NCBI GenBank assembly: GCA_965261595.1
Contig: CBDHDG010000007.1
Span: 736,001 to 800,000, forward strand
Direction of reading: 5' to 3'
Source: a bacterium
Lineage (GTDB): Bacteria; UBA8248; JACPRG01; G963555815
DNA length: 64,000 bases
In this document: positions 43,892 through 54,368 of the stretch, piece by piece
How the letters are laid out: each line of letters begins with the position of its first letter
Numbering within the stretch: the first letter of the stretch is position 1
Notes under the pieces: model-generated
What the model was told of the DNA's origin: nothing
Databases searched by the model: none
What the model saw: only the letters and a program-made list of their open reading frames with translations
Made by a program: the position numbers and the translations under genes

Positions 43892-45238
43892 ATGACTGAC
43901 CTGCTGATTCAAAACGGAACGGTTCTCTGCATGGATGCCGGCGGCGAGGTCCTCCCCGGCGGGGCGGTGGCCGTCCGCGACGGGCGGATCGCCGCGGTGG
44001 GAAAACCCGCCGACCTCAAACGGATGGGGTTCGGTGAAGGCCGAACGCTGAACGCCCGGGGGCAGGTGGTGATGCCCGGACTCGTCAACGCCCACGCCCA
44101 CGTGGCGGGGGGCCTCCTCAAGGCCCTGCCGGAGGGGCCCGGCACGCGGGCGGCCATGCAAAGGGCGTCGAGGCTTCTCTTCACCGAAGCCGATCCGGCG
44201 GAGACGGAAGCCCTGGCCCGGGCCTCTTTCCTGGAGGCGTTGAAGAGCGGTGTGACCTGCGTGGGCGTTCTCGACCGGGCCGCGTCGGCCCTCGGGGATG
44301 TGGCGCGGGAATCGGGTCTGCGGGTGGTGCTGGCCGACGCCTTGGCGGAGGCGGACCCGGTTTCCGCCGCTTCGGGGGCCGCGCCCAAGCTGGACGCGTC
44401 GGCCGGGGCGGCGGCGTTGGAGGCGGCGCTCACGCGGATCGAGGGGCTGGACCCGGATGGCGACGGCCGGGTGACGGCCCGCCTGGGCGTCCATTCACCG
44501 GCGGTGTGCTCGGACGAGACCCTGGAATCCGTGGCCCGGGAGGCCGAGGCCCGAAAGCTCGGGCTGCATTTTCACCTCGCGACCTTCGCCGCGGAGACCG
44601 AGACGCTCCGCGCGCGGGCGGGGGGGGACCTGTTCGGATTCCTCCGCAGGCTGGACCTCCTGCGGTCCAACACCCTGGCCGCGGGCGGATGCGCGTTGAA
44701 GGAGGAAGAGATCGGCGGCCTGCGCGAGTCGGCGGCGCAGCTGGCCGTGGCTTCGCGGGCCGACGCCGCCCGGGGCGTTCGCACGCCGGTGGCCGCGTGT
44801 CTTCGCAACAAGGTTCCCCTGGTGTTGGGAACGAACGGCATCGGCCATGACCTCTTCGCCGTCATGCGGGCGTTCATTCTCTCGGCCCGGCTGGATGGGG
44901 AGAGCGGCGGTCTCGTGGGGCCGGCCGAGGCGCTGCGCATGGGCGCCCGGGACGGGGCGAGGGCGCTCGGGCTTCTCGGAAGCGTCGGGTCCATCGAGAT
45001 CGGAAAGAAGGCCGACCTGATTCTGGTCACGCTCGACCCGGCGAAGGCCCCCCTCGTGGAGTCGGACGATCCGGCCGCGGCCGTGTCCGAGGTGTGCGGC
45101 CCCGGCGACGTGACCGACGTGGTGGTGGACGGCGAGGTGCTGATGGAGGGTGGAAAGGTCAAGTCCGTGGATGAGAAGGCGGTCTTGAATGAGGCCCGGA
45201 AGGCCGCCGCGGCGGTCTGGCGGCGGGCGGCCAACTAA
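43892..45238 (+). CDS. Amidohydrolase-family protein (MtaD/TriA-like) with a degenerate active site
   Basis: [28 protein letters not shown]. Confidence 0.8.
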   Translation: MTDLLIQNGTVLCMDAGGEVLPGGAVAVRDGRIAAVGKPADLKRMGFGEGRTLNARGQVVMPGLVNAHAHVAGGLLKALPEGPGTRAAMQRASRLLFTEADPAETEALARASFLEALKSGVTCVGVLDRAASALGDVARESGLRVVLADALAEADPVSAASGAAPKLDASAGAAALEAALTRIEGLDPDGDGRVTARLGVHSPAVCSDETLESVAREAEARKLGLHFHLATFAAETETLRARAGGDLFGFLRRLDLLRSNTLAAGGCALKEEEIGGLRESAAQLAVASRADAARGVRTPVAACLRNKVPLVLGTNGIGHDLFAVMRAFILSARLDGESGGLVGPAEALRMGARDGARALGLLGSVGSIEIGKKADLILVTLDPAKAPLVESDDPAAAVSEVCGPGDVTDVVVDGEVLMEGGKVKSVDEKAVLNEARKAAAAVWRRAAN

Positions 45239-45287
45239 GCCGCGCACGGATATCGAGGCGGGGGGGGGATGGAGAGGAGCAAAAGCG

Positions 45288-45617
45288 ATGCTGGTCCTGA
45301 CAACGCCGAACATCGAGGGGAAGCGGATCGCCCGATACATCGGCCTGGTGACCGGCGAAGCGATCCTGGGGGCGAACGTGTTCAAAGACTTTTTCGCGAG
45401 CATCCGGGACATCGTCGGGGGCCGGTCCGCCGCGTACGAGGAGGAGCTGCGCCGGGCGAAAGACTTGGCCGTCGATGAGATGATAGAGCAAGCCCGCACG
45501 CGCGGCGCCAACGCGGTCATCGGGGTGGACCTGGATTACGAAACCATAAGCACGAGCTCGGGCGGGAACATGCTCATGGTCAGCGTCAGCGGGACGGGCG
45601 TGGTGGTTGAGGACTGA
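45288..45617 (+). CDS. YbjQ/UPF0145 family protein
   Basis: [40 protein letters not shown]. Confidence 0.92.
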   Translation: MLVLTTPNIEGKRIARYIGLVTGEAILGANVFKDFFASIRDIVGGRSAAYEEELRRAKDLAVDEMIEQARTRGANAVIGVDLDYETISTSSGGNMLMVSVSGTGVVVED

Positions 45618-45698
45618 AACCGGGGGGGCGCTTCCGCGCTTCCGAGGCGCGGGGCGCCCCGAGGCGCTGCTGACGCAATCAAAGGCGAGGGACGAGAC

Positions 45699-46115
45699 AT
45701 GCTTTCACGGATAGACCACATCGGAATCGTCACGGCCGACACGGAAAAGGTTGTCCGGCTCTTTGAAGAGGCCCTGGGCGTCAAGGTGGCGAAGAAAGAA
45801 CACTCCGACACCGGTTTCGCGAAGTGCACCTTCCTTCACCTGGACAACATCCAGATCGAGATCACCGAGCCCTACGACCCGGATCACTTTTACACGGAAA
45901 TGGTCGAACAGCGGGGGACCTGTCTTTCGCATCTGGCCTTCTCGGCGGGGGACGTCGAGGGGGCGTGCGGCGAGATCGAGGGCCGCGGCATCGGCTTCCG
46001 GGAGGGGTTCGGCCCGGGCAGGAAATCGCCCCGGGGATACAGCATCGCCTTCCTGGACCCGGATCAGACCGAAGGCGTCCAGATTCAGCTCATCGCCGAA
46101 CACCCCACCGGGTGA
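45699..46115 (+). CDS. VOC-family protein (methylmalonyl-CoA epimerase-like)
   Basis: IDHIGIV, QIEITEP, LSHLAF, IAFLDP..GVQIQL. Confidence 0.78.
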   Translation: MLSRIDHIGIVTADTEKVVRLFEEALGVKVAKKEHSDTGFAKCTFLHLDNIQIEITEPYDPDHFYTEMVEQRGTCLSHLAFSAGDVEGACGEIEGRGIGFREGFGPGRKSPRGYSIAFLDPDQTEGVQIQLIAEHPTG

Positions 46116-46194
46116 GCACCCAACCGGGTGACGCCCCACGCGGCGGACGCCTGGGGCCTCCGGGGGCGGACGGGGCCGGGGTGGAGGAAGACCG

Positions 46195-46779
46195 ATGAGG
46201 ATGACAAACGCTCAAGCCCGAAGGGTTATCCTGATCCTCCTCATCGTCGGGTGGCTTCCGGGCCGGTCGGCGCGGGCCGAGAAGACGGAGACGGCCGATC
46301 CCGACGTCAAAGCGCTCTATCATTGGCGGAGGGGATACGTCTACCACCACCTGGGACAATTCCCGATGGCCATCGCCGAATACCGGAAATCCATCGCGGC
46401 CAAGCCCACCGCGGAAGGCCATACGTTCCTGGGCTGGTCCCTCAGCATGCTGGAACGCTATCGGGAAGCCATCGCGGAGTGCAAGAGAGCCATTCCCCTC
46501 GACCCGGATTTCGGAAATCCCTACAACGACATCGGCGTGTATCTTGTGGCGCTGGGCCGGGTGGACGAGGCGATCCCCTATCTGAAAAAGGCCATGCGGG
46601 CCACGCGGTACTGCTGCTATCAGTTCGCACACCACAACATGGGACGGGCGCTCGTCCTGAAGGGGAAATACGAGGAGGCGACGCGGTCATTCAAGAAGGC
46701 CTTGGAATATGACCCCGATTACGAGCCTTCCAGGCAGGCCCTTCGGGTTCTTCGGGAGCGCGTGGGGCGGGAACTCTGA
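46195..46779 (+). CDS. Secreted TPR protein
   Basis: Signal peptide; PTAEGHTFLGW, LDPDFGNPYNDIG, YDPDYEP. Confidence 0.82.
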   Translation: MRMTNAQARRVILILLIVGWLPGRSARAEKTETADPDVKALYHWRRGYVYHHLGQFPMAIAEYRKSIAAKPTAEGHTFLGWSLSMLERYREAIAECKRAIPLDPDFGNPYNDIGVYLVALGRVDEAIPYLKKAMRATRYCCYQFAHHNMGRALVLKGKYEEATRSFKKALEYDPDYEPSRQALRVLRERVGREL

Positions 46780-46836
46780 GGGCTTCGCGGGCGTTTCCCC
46801 CTCAACCCATCGGGCCCGCGCCCGGCCGCCCTTCTT

Positions 46837-47217
46837 TCACCGGTGGGCGATCAGCTCGATCTGGACGCGCGCGCCGTGGACGTGCCCTTGGACGGCGTGG
46901 GTCGTCCGCACGGGCGGCTCGGCCGGGAAATATTCGTTGAAGACCTCGTTCATCTCCATGAGCTCGGAGACGTCGGCCATGAAGATGGTCGCTTTGAGGG
47001 AATTGTCCAGGGAGGCGTCGGCGGCGTCGAGGATGCGCTTGAGGTTCTCGCAGCACTGCCGCGTCTCGGGGCCGATCCCCCCCGCGACCAGCTTGCCGGT
47101 CTCGGGGTCGAGGCCGAACTGCCCCGAGCAGAAGATCAAGTCCCCGAACACCATCCCCAGGGAATGCGGGACGATCCCCCGGGCCACGCCCGGCGGATGA
47201 ATCACTTCTTTTTTCAT
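46837..47217 (-). CDS. RidA/YjgF family protein
   Basis: IFCSGQ, NLKRILDAA, MNEVFNEYF, PPVRT, VQIELIA. Confidence 0.9.
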   Translation of the reverse strand: MKKEVIHPPGVARGIVPHSLGMVFGDLIFCSGQFGLDPETGKLVAGGIGPETRQCCENLKRILDAADASLDNSLKATIFMADVSELMEMNEVFNEYFPAEPPVRTTHAVQGHVHGARVQIELIAHR

Positions 47218-47330
47218 GATTCTTTCCTTTTGTGATCCGCGCCCCCCTCGCTCCCGAAAAAATTCTCGCCGGAGGCGTCGAAGTTCTCAGCGGTCCGCGG
47301 GAAAGCCGGTTTTCGGGATCTCGACTCCCC

Positions 47331-48500
47331 TCAACCGCAACGGAAGAGATCCAGCGACAGGTCGTCGTCCAGCACTTCGCACCCCGCCTCCCTGACCAGG
47401 ACGTTGTTCTCGACGTTGAGTCCGTACTGCCCCGCCACATAGTAGGGGGCCTCGATGGCCAGCGTCATCCCGGTCTCCAGCGGCGTGTCGTTGTCGGGCG
47501 TGATAAAGGGCTCTTCATAGTGGCCCAGGCCCAGGCCGTGGCCCATGTTCCCGCGCGCATAGTGTCCGTATCCCGCGGCCTTGACCTTCTCCACGCCGAT
47601 CCGGAACAGTTCGGAGGCGGGGACGCCGGGCCGGCCGGCCGCCATCATCGCCTGCTGGGCTTCGAAGAGCGCGTCGTAAAGCCGCCGGACCTCCGCCGGG
47701 GGATCGCCCACGGCCGCGCATCGGGACAGGTCCGAGAAATAAAATTCGTGAACGGCGGTGACATCGAAGCGCACGGCGTCGCCCGGGCTCAAGACATAAT
47801 CCCCGGCGATGTTGTAGGACTCCCCGCTCTGAGGGCCCGCGCCCAAAGCGGCCGACTCCCAGTCGCAGCCCATCTCCCTGACCTTCGACTTGAACGCTTC
47901 CAGGACGTCCTGTTCGATCGCGCCGCCGCGAATCACGTCCAGCGCCGCGCGGATGGCCGCCGTGTTCACGCGGTTCGCATGGCGCATCCGGCCGATCTCC
48001 GCCCGGGTCTTGACCTGCCGCAGCTTGAAGAACGTAGGCCGCGCGTCGGCGAAGGAGAGGTCCGGAAGCTTTGCTTGCAGGTGTCCGAGGGTGACCGCCG
48101 AGATGGGCGCCGTCTCGATGCCCAGGCGGCCCCGGTCCAGCCCCAGCTCCTTCAGCGTGGCCGAGAGGTTCTCGGCCGGCGTCGGCGCGTTGACCTTGCG
48201 CTCGGTCCCTTCGGGCCAATCGATATGCATCCCGGTTCCGGAATGGCGCGTCTCCATGCCGGGGCTGTGGACATCCGCCAGGCCGGCCAGGCCGACGGTG
48301 CACAGGAGGATCGGCGCCCTCCCCTTGGGCAAGAGGACGGCGACGGCCTCGGAGGTCCGAAGGAGAAGGGAAAGCCCGCGATTGCCCGCCGTCAGCGGAA
48401 CCGGAAACCGGCTGGTGTAGTAGACGTTCTCCGGCGAGGAGGCCAGAAGGGCGTCCAGACCCTCGGCGTCCATCAAGGCGTCAAGTTTCGCTCGGTCCAT
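47331..48500 (-). CDS. Xaa-Pro peptidase (M24) family protein
   Basis: LRQVKT.AEI, YFSDLSR, GHGLGLGHYEEP, LETGMTLAIE, VENNVLV. Confidence 0.9.
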   Translation of the reverse strand: MDRAKLDALMDAEGLDALLASSPENVYYTSRFPVPLTAGNRGLSLLLRTSEAVAVLLPKGRAPILLCTVGLAGLADVHSPGMETRHSGTGMHIDWPEGTERKVNAPTPAENLSATLKELGLDRGRLGIETAPISAVTLGHLQAKLPDLSFADARPTFFKLRQVKTRAEIGRMRHANRVNTAAIRAALDVIRGGAIEQDVLEAFKSKVREMGCDWESAALGAGPQSGESYNIAGDYVLSPGDAVRFDVTAVHEFYFSDLSRCAAVGDPPAEVRRLYDALFEAQQAMMAAGRPGVPASELFRIGVEKVKAAGYGHYARGNMGHGLGLGHYEEPFITPDNDTPLETGMTLAIEAPYYVAGQYGLNVENNVLVREAGCEVLDDDLSLDLFRCG

Positions 48501-48530
48501 GAAAAACCTCTTACAGACGAAGGATGAAGA

Positions 48531-48781
48531 CCAGGGGGACTTTTTTGTAAAACCGTCCCCCTGGACCCCCTGAAAAACTTTCTGCGGCCAAGCCGGAGGC
48601 TTGGCCTTACCCGCGCTTGGAGGTTTGATCGTATCAGGAAACCTTTCAGGCGCGGTCCCATATTCCGGTCAATGAAACTCTTTCCTGCGATATGGCGCGG
48701 CCCGCAAGGGCCGCGCCATATCGCGAAATGAAAGTTTTCGAGGGGGGTCTTGGGGGGACAGTTTTCAAAATGTCCCCCCAA
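48531..48781. repeat. ~250-bp multi-hairpin repeated element, copy 2 (inverted)
   Basis: Homologous to 31101-31343. Confidence 0.85.
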
Positions 48782-48791
48782 GAATCTTGCC

Positions 48792-49268
48792 TCATTCATC
48801 GAACCGATGCATCTCGCAGAAGAACTCGATGCGGTTCTTGTCCGGGTCCAGGAAATAGAAAGAGCGGTTCTCTCCCCAGGAGCCGTCGCCGTCGGGGTGC
48901 GTCGCGCTGTGTTTGAGGGGGCCCATGACGATCTCCACGTCCTTCGCCTTCATCTCATCGAGCATGGCGTCGAAGTCCTCCCGGGTCTCGACCTCGAAGG
49001 CGAAGTGGTGGACCCCGATGTCGAGGTTGTCTTCGCCGCCGGTGTCGCCGCGGCTTTCTCGGCCCGCCCATTCGGGTGAGTGGATGAGGTTCACATGATG
49101 GTGGTCCCGTTCGCAGCGCATCAGACACAGACCGGGGTACCCGGGGGCTTCGCCCGGTTTGTGCCGCTCGGAGACCTTCAGGCCCAGGACGTCCCGGTAC
49201 CAGGCCATCGAGCGCTCGATATCGGACACCTTGATGCCGATGTGTTGAAGCCGCTTCAAACGCCCCAT
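48792..49268 (-). CDS. VOC/glyoxalase family protein
   Basis: LQHIGIKVSD, WYRDVLGL, VHHFAFEV, SFYFLDPD.NRIE. Confidence 0.88.
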   Translation of the reverse strand: MGRLKRLQHIGIKVSDIERSMAWYRDVLGLKVSERHKPGEAPGYPGLCLMRCERDHHHVNLIHSPEWAGRESRGDTGGEDNLDIGVHHFAFEVETREDFDAMLDEMKAKDVEIVMGPLKHSATHPDGDGSWGENRSFYFLDPDKNRIEFFCEMHRFDE

Positions 49269-49473
49269 ATCGTTTCTCCTTCTTTCGCCCGACCGCGAGG
49301 TTCATCCGGATTCAGAGGATAAGGGAGAGGATATCAAACTCCGGGCCGGGGGTGGGAGGGGATTTCCGTTTCATGCCGCGAGGCGGGGCGATGGATCTGA
49401 AAATTATTTGAGGGGATGATTCCATCACCCTATACTGGATAGAAGGGCGGACAGACGTTTCACTCGTACCTTT

Positions 49474-50136
49474 GTGGTGATGGTCCCTGATGAACCCCGG
49501 GAGGGGAATCGATTGGAAGAGCGTCCGCCTCCGCGCCGAATTCCCGTATTCCCGCTGCCCAACGTCATTTTCTTCCCCAACACCTCTTTGCCCCTGCACA
49601 TCTTCGAGGCGCGATACCGCAAGATGGTCTCCGATTGTCTCGAAGGGGACCGCTACCTGGGGATGATGCTGATGAAGCCGGGTTGGGAGAAGGGGAAGAT
49701 CGAGTGTTACGACGTCGGGGGGCTTGGGCGGATTTCGAAAGTCGTCAAACATCCCGGCGGAAACATGGACATCGTCCTGCGGGGACTCAGCCGTTACCGG
49801 GTCCGGGACTACGTGCAACGGGAGCCGTATCTCATCGCCGAAGTGGACGTCCTGGAAGAGACCGGCTGGGAGGATTCCGAGAAGCTTCGCGCGGCCGGAG
49901 AAGAGATGGTGCGGCTCTTCGAGCGGACCCTCTACAGGCAGGACAGCGAGGTGCGCACAGGCATCCTGGCCCGGCTCCGTCTCCTGGAGAGCGCTCTGGA
50001 CATCACCAACTATCTGGGGTCCATCCTGGGCATCCAGCTCGGGTTGAAGCAGCGGATCCTCGAGGCCGACGATCCCGGGGAAAATGTGAAGCTGTTGACG
50101 ACCGTGCTCCGGGGCGAGCTCGCCTCCCTTAACTGA
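49474..50136 (+). CDS. LON peptidase substrate-binding (N-terminal) domain protein
   Basis: IPVFPLPNVIFFP..LPLHIFEARYRKM. Confidence 0.88.
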   Translation: MVMVPDEPREGNRLEERPPPRRIPVFPLPNVIFFPNTSLPLHIFEARYRKMVSDCLEGDRYLGMMLMKPGWEKGKIECYDVGGLGRISKVVKHPGGNMDIVLRGLSRYRVRDYVQREPYLIAEVDVLEETGWEDSEKLRAAGEEMVRLFERTLYRQDSEVRTGILARLRLLESALDITNYLGSILGIQLGLKQRILEADDPGENVKLLTTVLRGELASLN

Positions 50137-50184
50137 TTCCCGGCCGGCGGCGCGGCCGACGGACCCCTGCACCGAAAGAGGCGA

Positions 50185-50631
50185 ATGCGCGCGGTCTTGC
50201 AAAGGGTCCGTGAAGCTTCGGTGACCGTGGACGGAGAAGTCGAGGCGTCCATCGGCCCGGGTTTTCTGATCCTGTTGGGCGTCGGAGAGGAAGACACGGA
50301 GGAAGCCGTCCTCCGACTGGCCGAAAAGACCGTCCATCTCCGGATTTTCGAGGACGAGACGGGAAAATTCAACCGCTCCCTCCTGGACATCGCGGGCTCG
50401 GCCCTGGTGGTCTCCCAATTCACCCTGTTCGCGGATTGCCGGAAGGGAAGGAGGCCGTCCTTCACCTCGGCCGCGAAGCCCGGCCGGGCCGAACCGCTCT
50501 ATGAGGAATTCATCCGGACCCTGCGGGCCAAGGGGGTCCCGGTCAAGACGGGGGTGTTCGGCGCGATGATGGACGTCCGCCTCCTCAATCAGGGACCCGT
50601 CACCATTTGCCTGGATTCGAAAGCTCTTTGA
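50185..50631 (+). CDS. dtd: D-aminoacyl-tRNA deacylase
   Basis: [37 protein letters not shown]. Confidence 0.96.
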   Translation: MRAVLQRVREASVTVDGEVEASIGPGFLILLGVGEEDTEEAVLRLAEKTVHLRIFEDETGKFNRSLLDIAGSALVVSQFTLFADCRKGRRPSFTSAAKPGRAEPLYEEFIRTLRAKGVPVKTGVFGAMMDVRLLNQGPVTICLDSKAL

Positions 50632-51497
50632 TGGGATCCCCTCTCAAAAGACAACTGGAGGACCTCTACCGGACCTTCGACATCCGCCGCCTCTCTCCGG
50701 ACCCGCTGGAGGTTGTCCACCAATACCGGACGCCGCGGGACCGGGAGGTCGTTGGATTCATCGCCGCCGCCCTGGCCTACGGGCAGGTGGACCAGATCGT
50801 GCGGAGCGTCAAGCGGCTCCTGGCCCTGATGGAGGCGGACGGGAAGTCCCCTTCCGGATTCGTCCGCGCGTTCGACCCGGCCCGCGACGCGGAGCGGCTG
50901 ATTCCATTCCGCCACAGGTTCAACACCGGAGAGGATCTCGCCTGTCTTTTCTACTGGATGCGCCAGGCGATGGAGGAAGCCGGATCGCTGGGGGATTTCT
51001 TCCTGCGCGGATACCGGCCGGAGGAGCCCGATGTCGGTCCCGCCCTCTCGAGGTTCGTCGGGGGGCTGATGTCGCTGGATCGCGGAAGGTTTTATCCGGG
51101 CGGCCTCCCCGGCGCCGGTCAAGGGGTGCGCTACTTTCTGCCCTCCCCCCGGGACGGCAGCGCCTGCAAGCGTCTCAACCTCTTCCTGCGGTGGATGGTC
51201 CGGCGGGGGGACAGCCTGGATTTTGGTCTCTGGCGCGAAGTCTCGACGGCGAAACTGGTGATTCCGCTCGATGCGCACGTCTCCCGGATCGCCCGCTACA
51301 TCGGCTTGACGGACCGCCCGACCCCCTCCTGGCGGACCGCCCTGGAGGTCACGGCGCGGCTCCGCCTGTTCGATGCCGAGGACCCGGTGAAATACGATTT
51401 CTCTCTATGCCGTTTGGGCATCTTGAAGCTCTGCCCGAAAAAAAGAAACTTGACGAAATGCCGAACTTGTTCTTTAGTGGAGGTCTGCCTGCTTTGA
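50631..51497 (+). CDS. TIGR02757 (DUF2400) family protein
   Basis: SACKRLNLFLRWMVR, IPLDAHV, DPVKYDFSL. Confidence 0.9.
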   Translation: MGSPLKRQLEDLYRTFDIRRLSPDPLEVVHQYRTPRDREVVGFIAAALAYGQVDQIVRSVKRLLALMEADGKSPSGFVRAFDPARDAERLIPFRHRFNTGEDLACLFYWMRQAMEEAGSLGDFFLRGYRPEEPDVGPALSRFVGGLMSLDRGRFYPGGLPGAGQGVRYFLPSPRDGSACKRLNLFLRWMVRRGDSLDFGLWREVSTAKLVIPLDAHVSRIARYIGLTDRPTPSWRTALEVTARLRLFDAEDPVKYDFSLCRLGILKLCPKKRNLTKCRTCSLVEVCLL

Positions 51498-51600
51498 AAT
51501 GATCGTCGGAAACGCCTCCTGAAACGAGAAGGGTCTTGGCTCGGTTGAAAGAGGGCGCGGGCTCGATGTGGAACGGGCGGGGACGGGGAGAAGTCGCCGG

Positions 51601-52041
51601 ATGAATGGGAAGACCACGAGAATTCTTCACCGGAGGGTGCGTCCCGGCGCGACGCTCGGACGGCTTGCCCCGGCCTTGTTCGCCCTGGCGGTGTTGGCCG
51701 GCTGCGCCGCCTCCAAGACCTCCCTCTTTCCTCCTGAGCCGTCGGACCTCACGTACCTGGCGAAACACGCGGCCGGACGCGCGTACGAGATCATCGGCGT
51801 GATTCAGGTGGATGGACACAGTTTCTCGACCGAAAACTCACTGAAGGCCCGGCTCCGGAAGAAGGCCCGGGAGCTGGGCGCGGACAATGTGATGAATGTC
51901 CGGGTGATGTCTCTGTCGAGGGGAAGCGGCTTCGTCAAGTATCACATGCTCACGGCGGAAGGGATCGCCGTCCGCTGGATTTCACCGCCCACGATTCGAA
52001 AGTCCAAGCCCCCCGATAAAACCGCCGAAGTTCTTCCCTGA
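51601..52041 (+). CDS. Lipoprotein, possibly YbjQ-like fold
   Basis: Lipobox LAGC; YEIIG..KARELGAD..AEGIAVRW. Confidence 0.6.
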   Translation: MNGKTTRILHRRVRPGATLGRLAPALFALAVLAGCAASKTSLFPPEPSDLTYLAKHAAGRAYEIIGVIQVDGHSFSTENSLKARLRKKARELGADNVMNVRVMSLSRGSGFVKYHMLTAEGIAVRWISPPTIRKSKPPDKTAEVLP

Positions 52042-52074
52042 GCCCAATGCGCCCGAACTTGAAGGACGGACGCT

Positions 52075-52854
52075 TCAACCCAGGCCCTCGGCGAGGGTGT
52101 CCAGCATTTCCCGCTGAATGTGCGCGTTGGCGGCGACGACTTCCCCGCTATAGATGAAATCCCCGCCGCCCGAGAAATCCGTGACGCGGCCGCCGGCTTC
52201 CTGAACCAGCAATACGCCCGCCGCGACGTCCCAAGGGCTGAGCTTCAGCTCCCAATAGCCGTCCAGACGGCCCGCGGCCACATAGGCCAGATCCAGCGCC
52301 GCCGAGCCCGCGCGTCTCACCCCCTGCGTCCGAAGGGCGAACCGCTGGAAGTGGTCCAGGTTGTTGACGGGGCTTTCCCGTTTGTCGTACGGAAACCCCG
52401 TCGCGATGAGGGACCGGCCGAGGTCGGACGTCCCGGAGACGGAAAGGGAACCCCCGTTCATTGCGGCGCCTTTCCCCGATTCCGCCGTGAAGAGCTCGTC
52501 CCGCAACGGATCGTAGATCGCGCCGAGACGGATGCGGCCCCGTTGTTCAAACGCGATGCTGACGCAAAACATCGGGAACCCGTGGGCGTAGTTGGTGGTC
52601 GCATCCAGGGGGTCCAGGATCCAGAGGTTTTCCGACGCGCGCGCCGGTGGTTCCCGCTCCTCGGCCAGAATGTCGTCCTCGGGGAAGGCCGCTCTCAGGC
52701 GGGAGACGATGTGATCTTCCGAAGCCCGGTCCATGGCGGTGACCAGGTTGACCGCGCCCTTGAACTCGATCTCCTGGGGTTTGCTGAAATTCTCCGCCAA
52801 GAGATTTCCGGCTTCCCGGATGACCTCCTCCAGAATCCGCCGCCTGTGTTCCAA
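52075..52854 (-). CDS. suhB: Inositol monophosphatase family protein
   Basis: LVTAMD, WILDPLDATTNY, RRAGSAALDL, WDVAAG. Confidence 0.92.
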   Translation of the reverse strand: MEHRRRILEEVIREAGNLLAENFSKPQEIEFKGAVNLVTAMDRASEDHIVSRLRAAFPEDDILAEEREPPARASENLWILDPLDATTNYAHGFPMFCVSIAFEQRGRIRLGAIYDPLRDELFTAESGKGAAMNGGSLSVSGTSDLGRSLIATGFPYDKRESPVNNLDHFQRFALRTQGVRRAGSAALDLAYVAAGRLDGYWELKLSPWDVAAGVLLVQEAGGRVTDFSGGGDFIYSGEVVAANAHIQREMLDTLAEGLG

Positions 52855-53020
52855 TCGGGCGCCCTTTCATCGTTCGGTTCGTCTGATCCGCGTTGACCCG
52901 CCCGCCATGAATGCCAAAGAGAGGGTACCCCACAGACCGGCGGATTGCACGGTGGTAGACTGAGGGGAGGCGGCTCTCCCGTGACGCCTTGCTTTCCGAT
53001 GGAATTTTTCGGGTCGGAGG

Positions 53021-54199
53021 ATGATGGCCGTGGGCGGCCGCTTGATCTCGCGCAACTTCGTGTTTCTGGTGGCGGGGAACCTCTTTCTGTTCCTCGCCTA
53101 TCTGAGCTATCAGCTTCTGCCCCTGCACATCAAGGCCTTGGGTGGCGGGGAAACCGACATCGGCTGGGTCATGGGAGCGCCCAACCTGATGTCCGTCGTC
53201 CTCACGCCGGTCTTCGGGATCTTTGTGGACCGATTCGGCCGTAAGCCCTTCCTCCTGATGGGTCAGTGCTGCGTTGCGGTGTCCTGTGGGGGGTTCCTGA
53301 TTGCGGGAGATTCGTTCTTGCTCTTCGCGGCGCTGCGGACGGTGCAGAACGTGGGGGTGGCCATGGCCTTTACGGCTGGCGGGGTGCTCGTCGCCGATAC
53401 GGCGCCCAAAGGCCAATTGGCCCAGGCCCTCGGCGTGTACGGCATGTTCGGCATGGTCGCGCACGCCCTCGCGCCGGCCATCGGCGAGTTTGTGATTTCC
53501 GCGGGAGGCTTCTATTCCCTGTTTGTCTTGACGGTGGCATACGGGGTCGTGGGCCTTTCTCTCGTTTCCAGGGTGAGGGAGGCTGCGCCGCCGGCCGCCG
53601 CCGGGGAATCGGACTCCATATGGCGGGTTTTCATCCGGGCCGGATTCACGCAGATCATGCTCCTGGGTTTCCTGAACGGGGCGGCTTTGGGTACGGTGAC
53701 GACCTACGTCCCCACGTACATCCGGAGCCGGGGCATCCAGTGGATCAGCCTCTTCTTTATCACTTACACCGTGACAGCCATTTTCATCCGGGTGGGTTTC
53801 GGCCGTTTGTCCGACCGGCTTGGACATCGGCGGATCATCGCTCCCGCCTTCTTCGTATTGATCGCGGGGGTTTGGTTTCTGAGCGAGGCCAAGGCCCAAT
53901 GGATGTTCGCGTTGGCGGGCGTTCTCAACGGGACCGCCCACGGGTTCCTCTTTCCAGCCATCAACGCCCTGGCCCTCAATCGTTCCAGCGATGGGAACTT
54001 CGGAAAGGCCCAGTCCCTTTTCGGCGCCGCTTTCAGCGCGGGAATGACATTGGGGGTGTTCTCCCATGGGGTGATCGCGGCCGCCTTCGGCTACAGCGCG
54101 ATGTTCCTTTCCCTGGCGTGCTGGATTCTCGTGGGTCTTCTGATTTTCCTGGTCTGGGATCAGAGAGACCGGCGAGCCTCGGATGGTTACACCGCATAA
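53021..54199 (+). CDS. MFS transporter
   Basis: About 12 TM segments; DRFGRK and GRLSDRLGHR motif A. Confidence 0.9.
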   Translation: MMAVGGRLISRNFVFLVAGNLFLFLAYLSYQLLPLHIKALGGGETDIGWVMGAPNLMSVVLTPVFGIFVDRFGRKPFLLMGQCCVAVSCGGFLIAGDSFLLFAALRTVQNVGVAMAFTAGGVLVADTAPKGQLAQALGVYGMFGMVAHALAPAIGEFVISAGGFYSLFVLTVAYGVVGLSLVSRVREAAPPAAAGESDSIWRVFIRAGFTQIMLLGFLNGAALGTVTTYVPTYIRSRGIQWISLFFITYTVTAIFIRVGFGRLSDRLGHRRIIAPAFFVLIAGVWFLSEAKAQWMFALAGVLNGTAHGFLFPAINALALNRSSDGNFGKAQSLFGAAFSAGMTLGVFSHGVIAAAFGYSAMFLSLACWILVGLLIFLVWDQRDRRASDGYTA

Positions 54200-54277
54200 A
54201 AGAGGTTTCTCATCACCAGGCCGGCGTCCGGCGCCGAGACAAATGTAAAACCTGAGCCACCAGGAATTTGATTTGAT

Positions 54278-54360
54278 CAACAACATCTTGTGTATTTTTG
54301 AAGGTGGGTTCCAAGATATTGTATTTTGTCTTGACAACGTATTCCATAGTAAGTTAAGCT
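54278..54360 (+). promoter_or_regulatory. Tandem NrdR-box-like motifs followed by a sigma70-like promoter
   Basis: Cores CAACATCTTG (54281) and CAAGATATTG (54312), 31 bp apart; TTGACA (54331)-18 bp-TAAGCT (54355). Confidence 0.6.
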
Positions 54361-54368
54361 TCTCCTTA

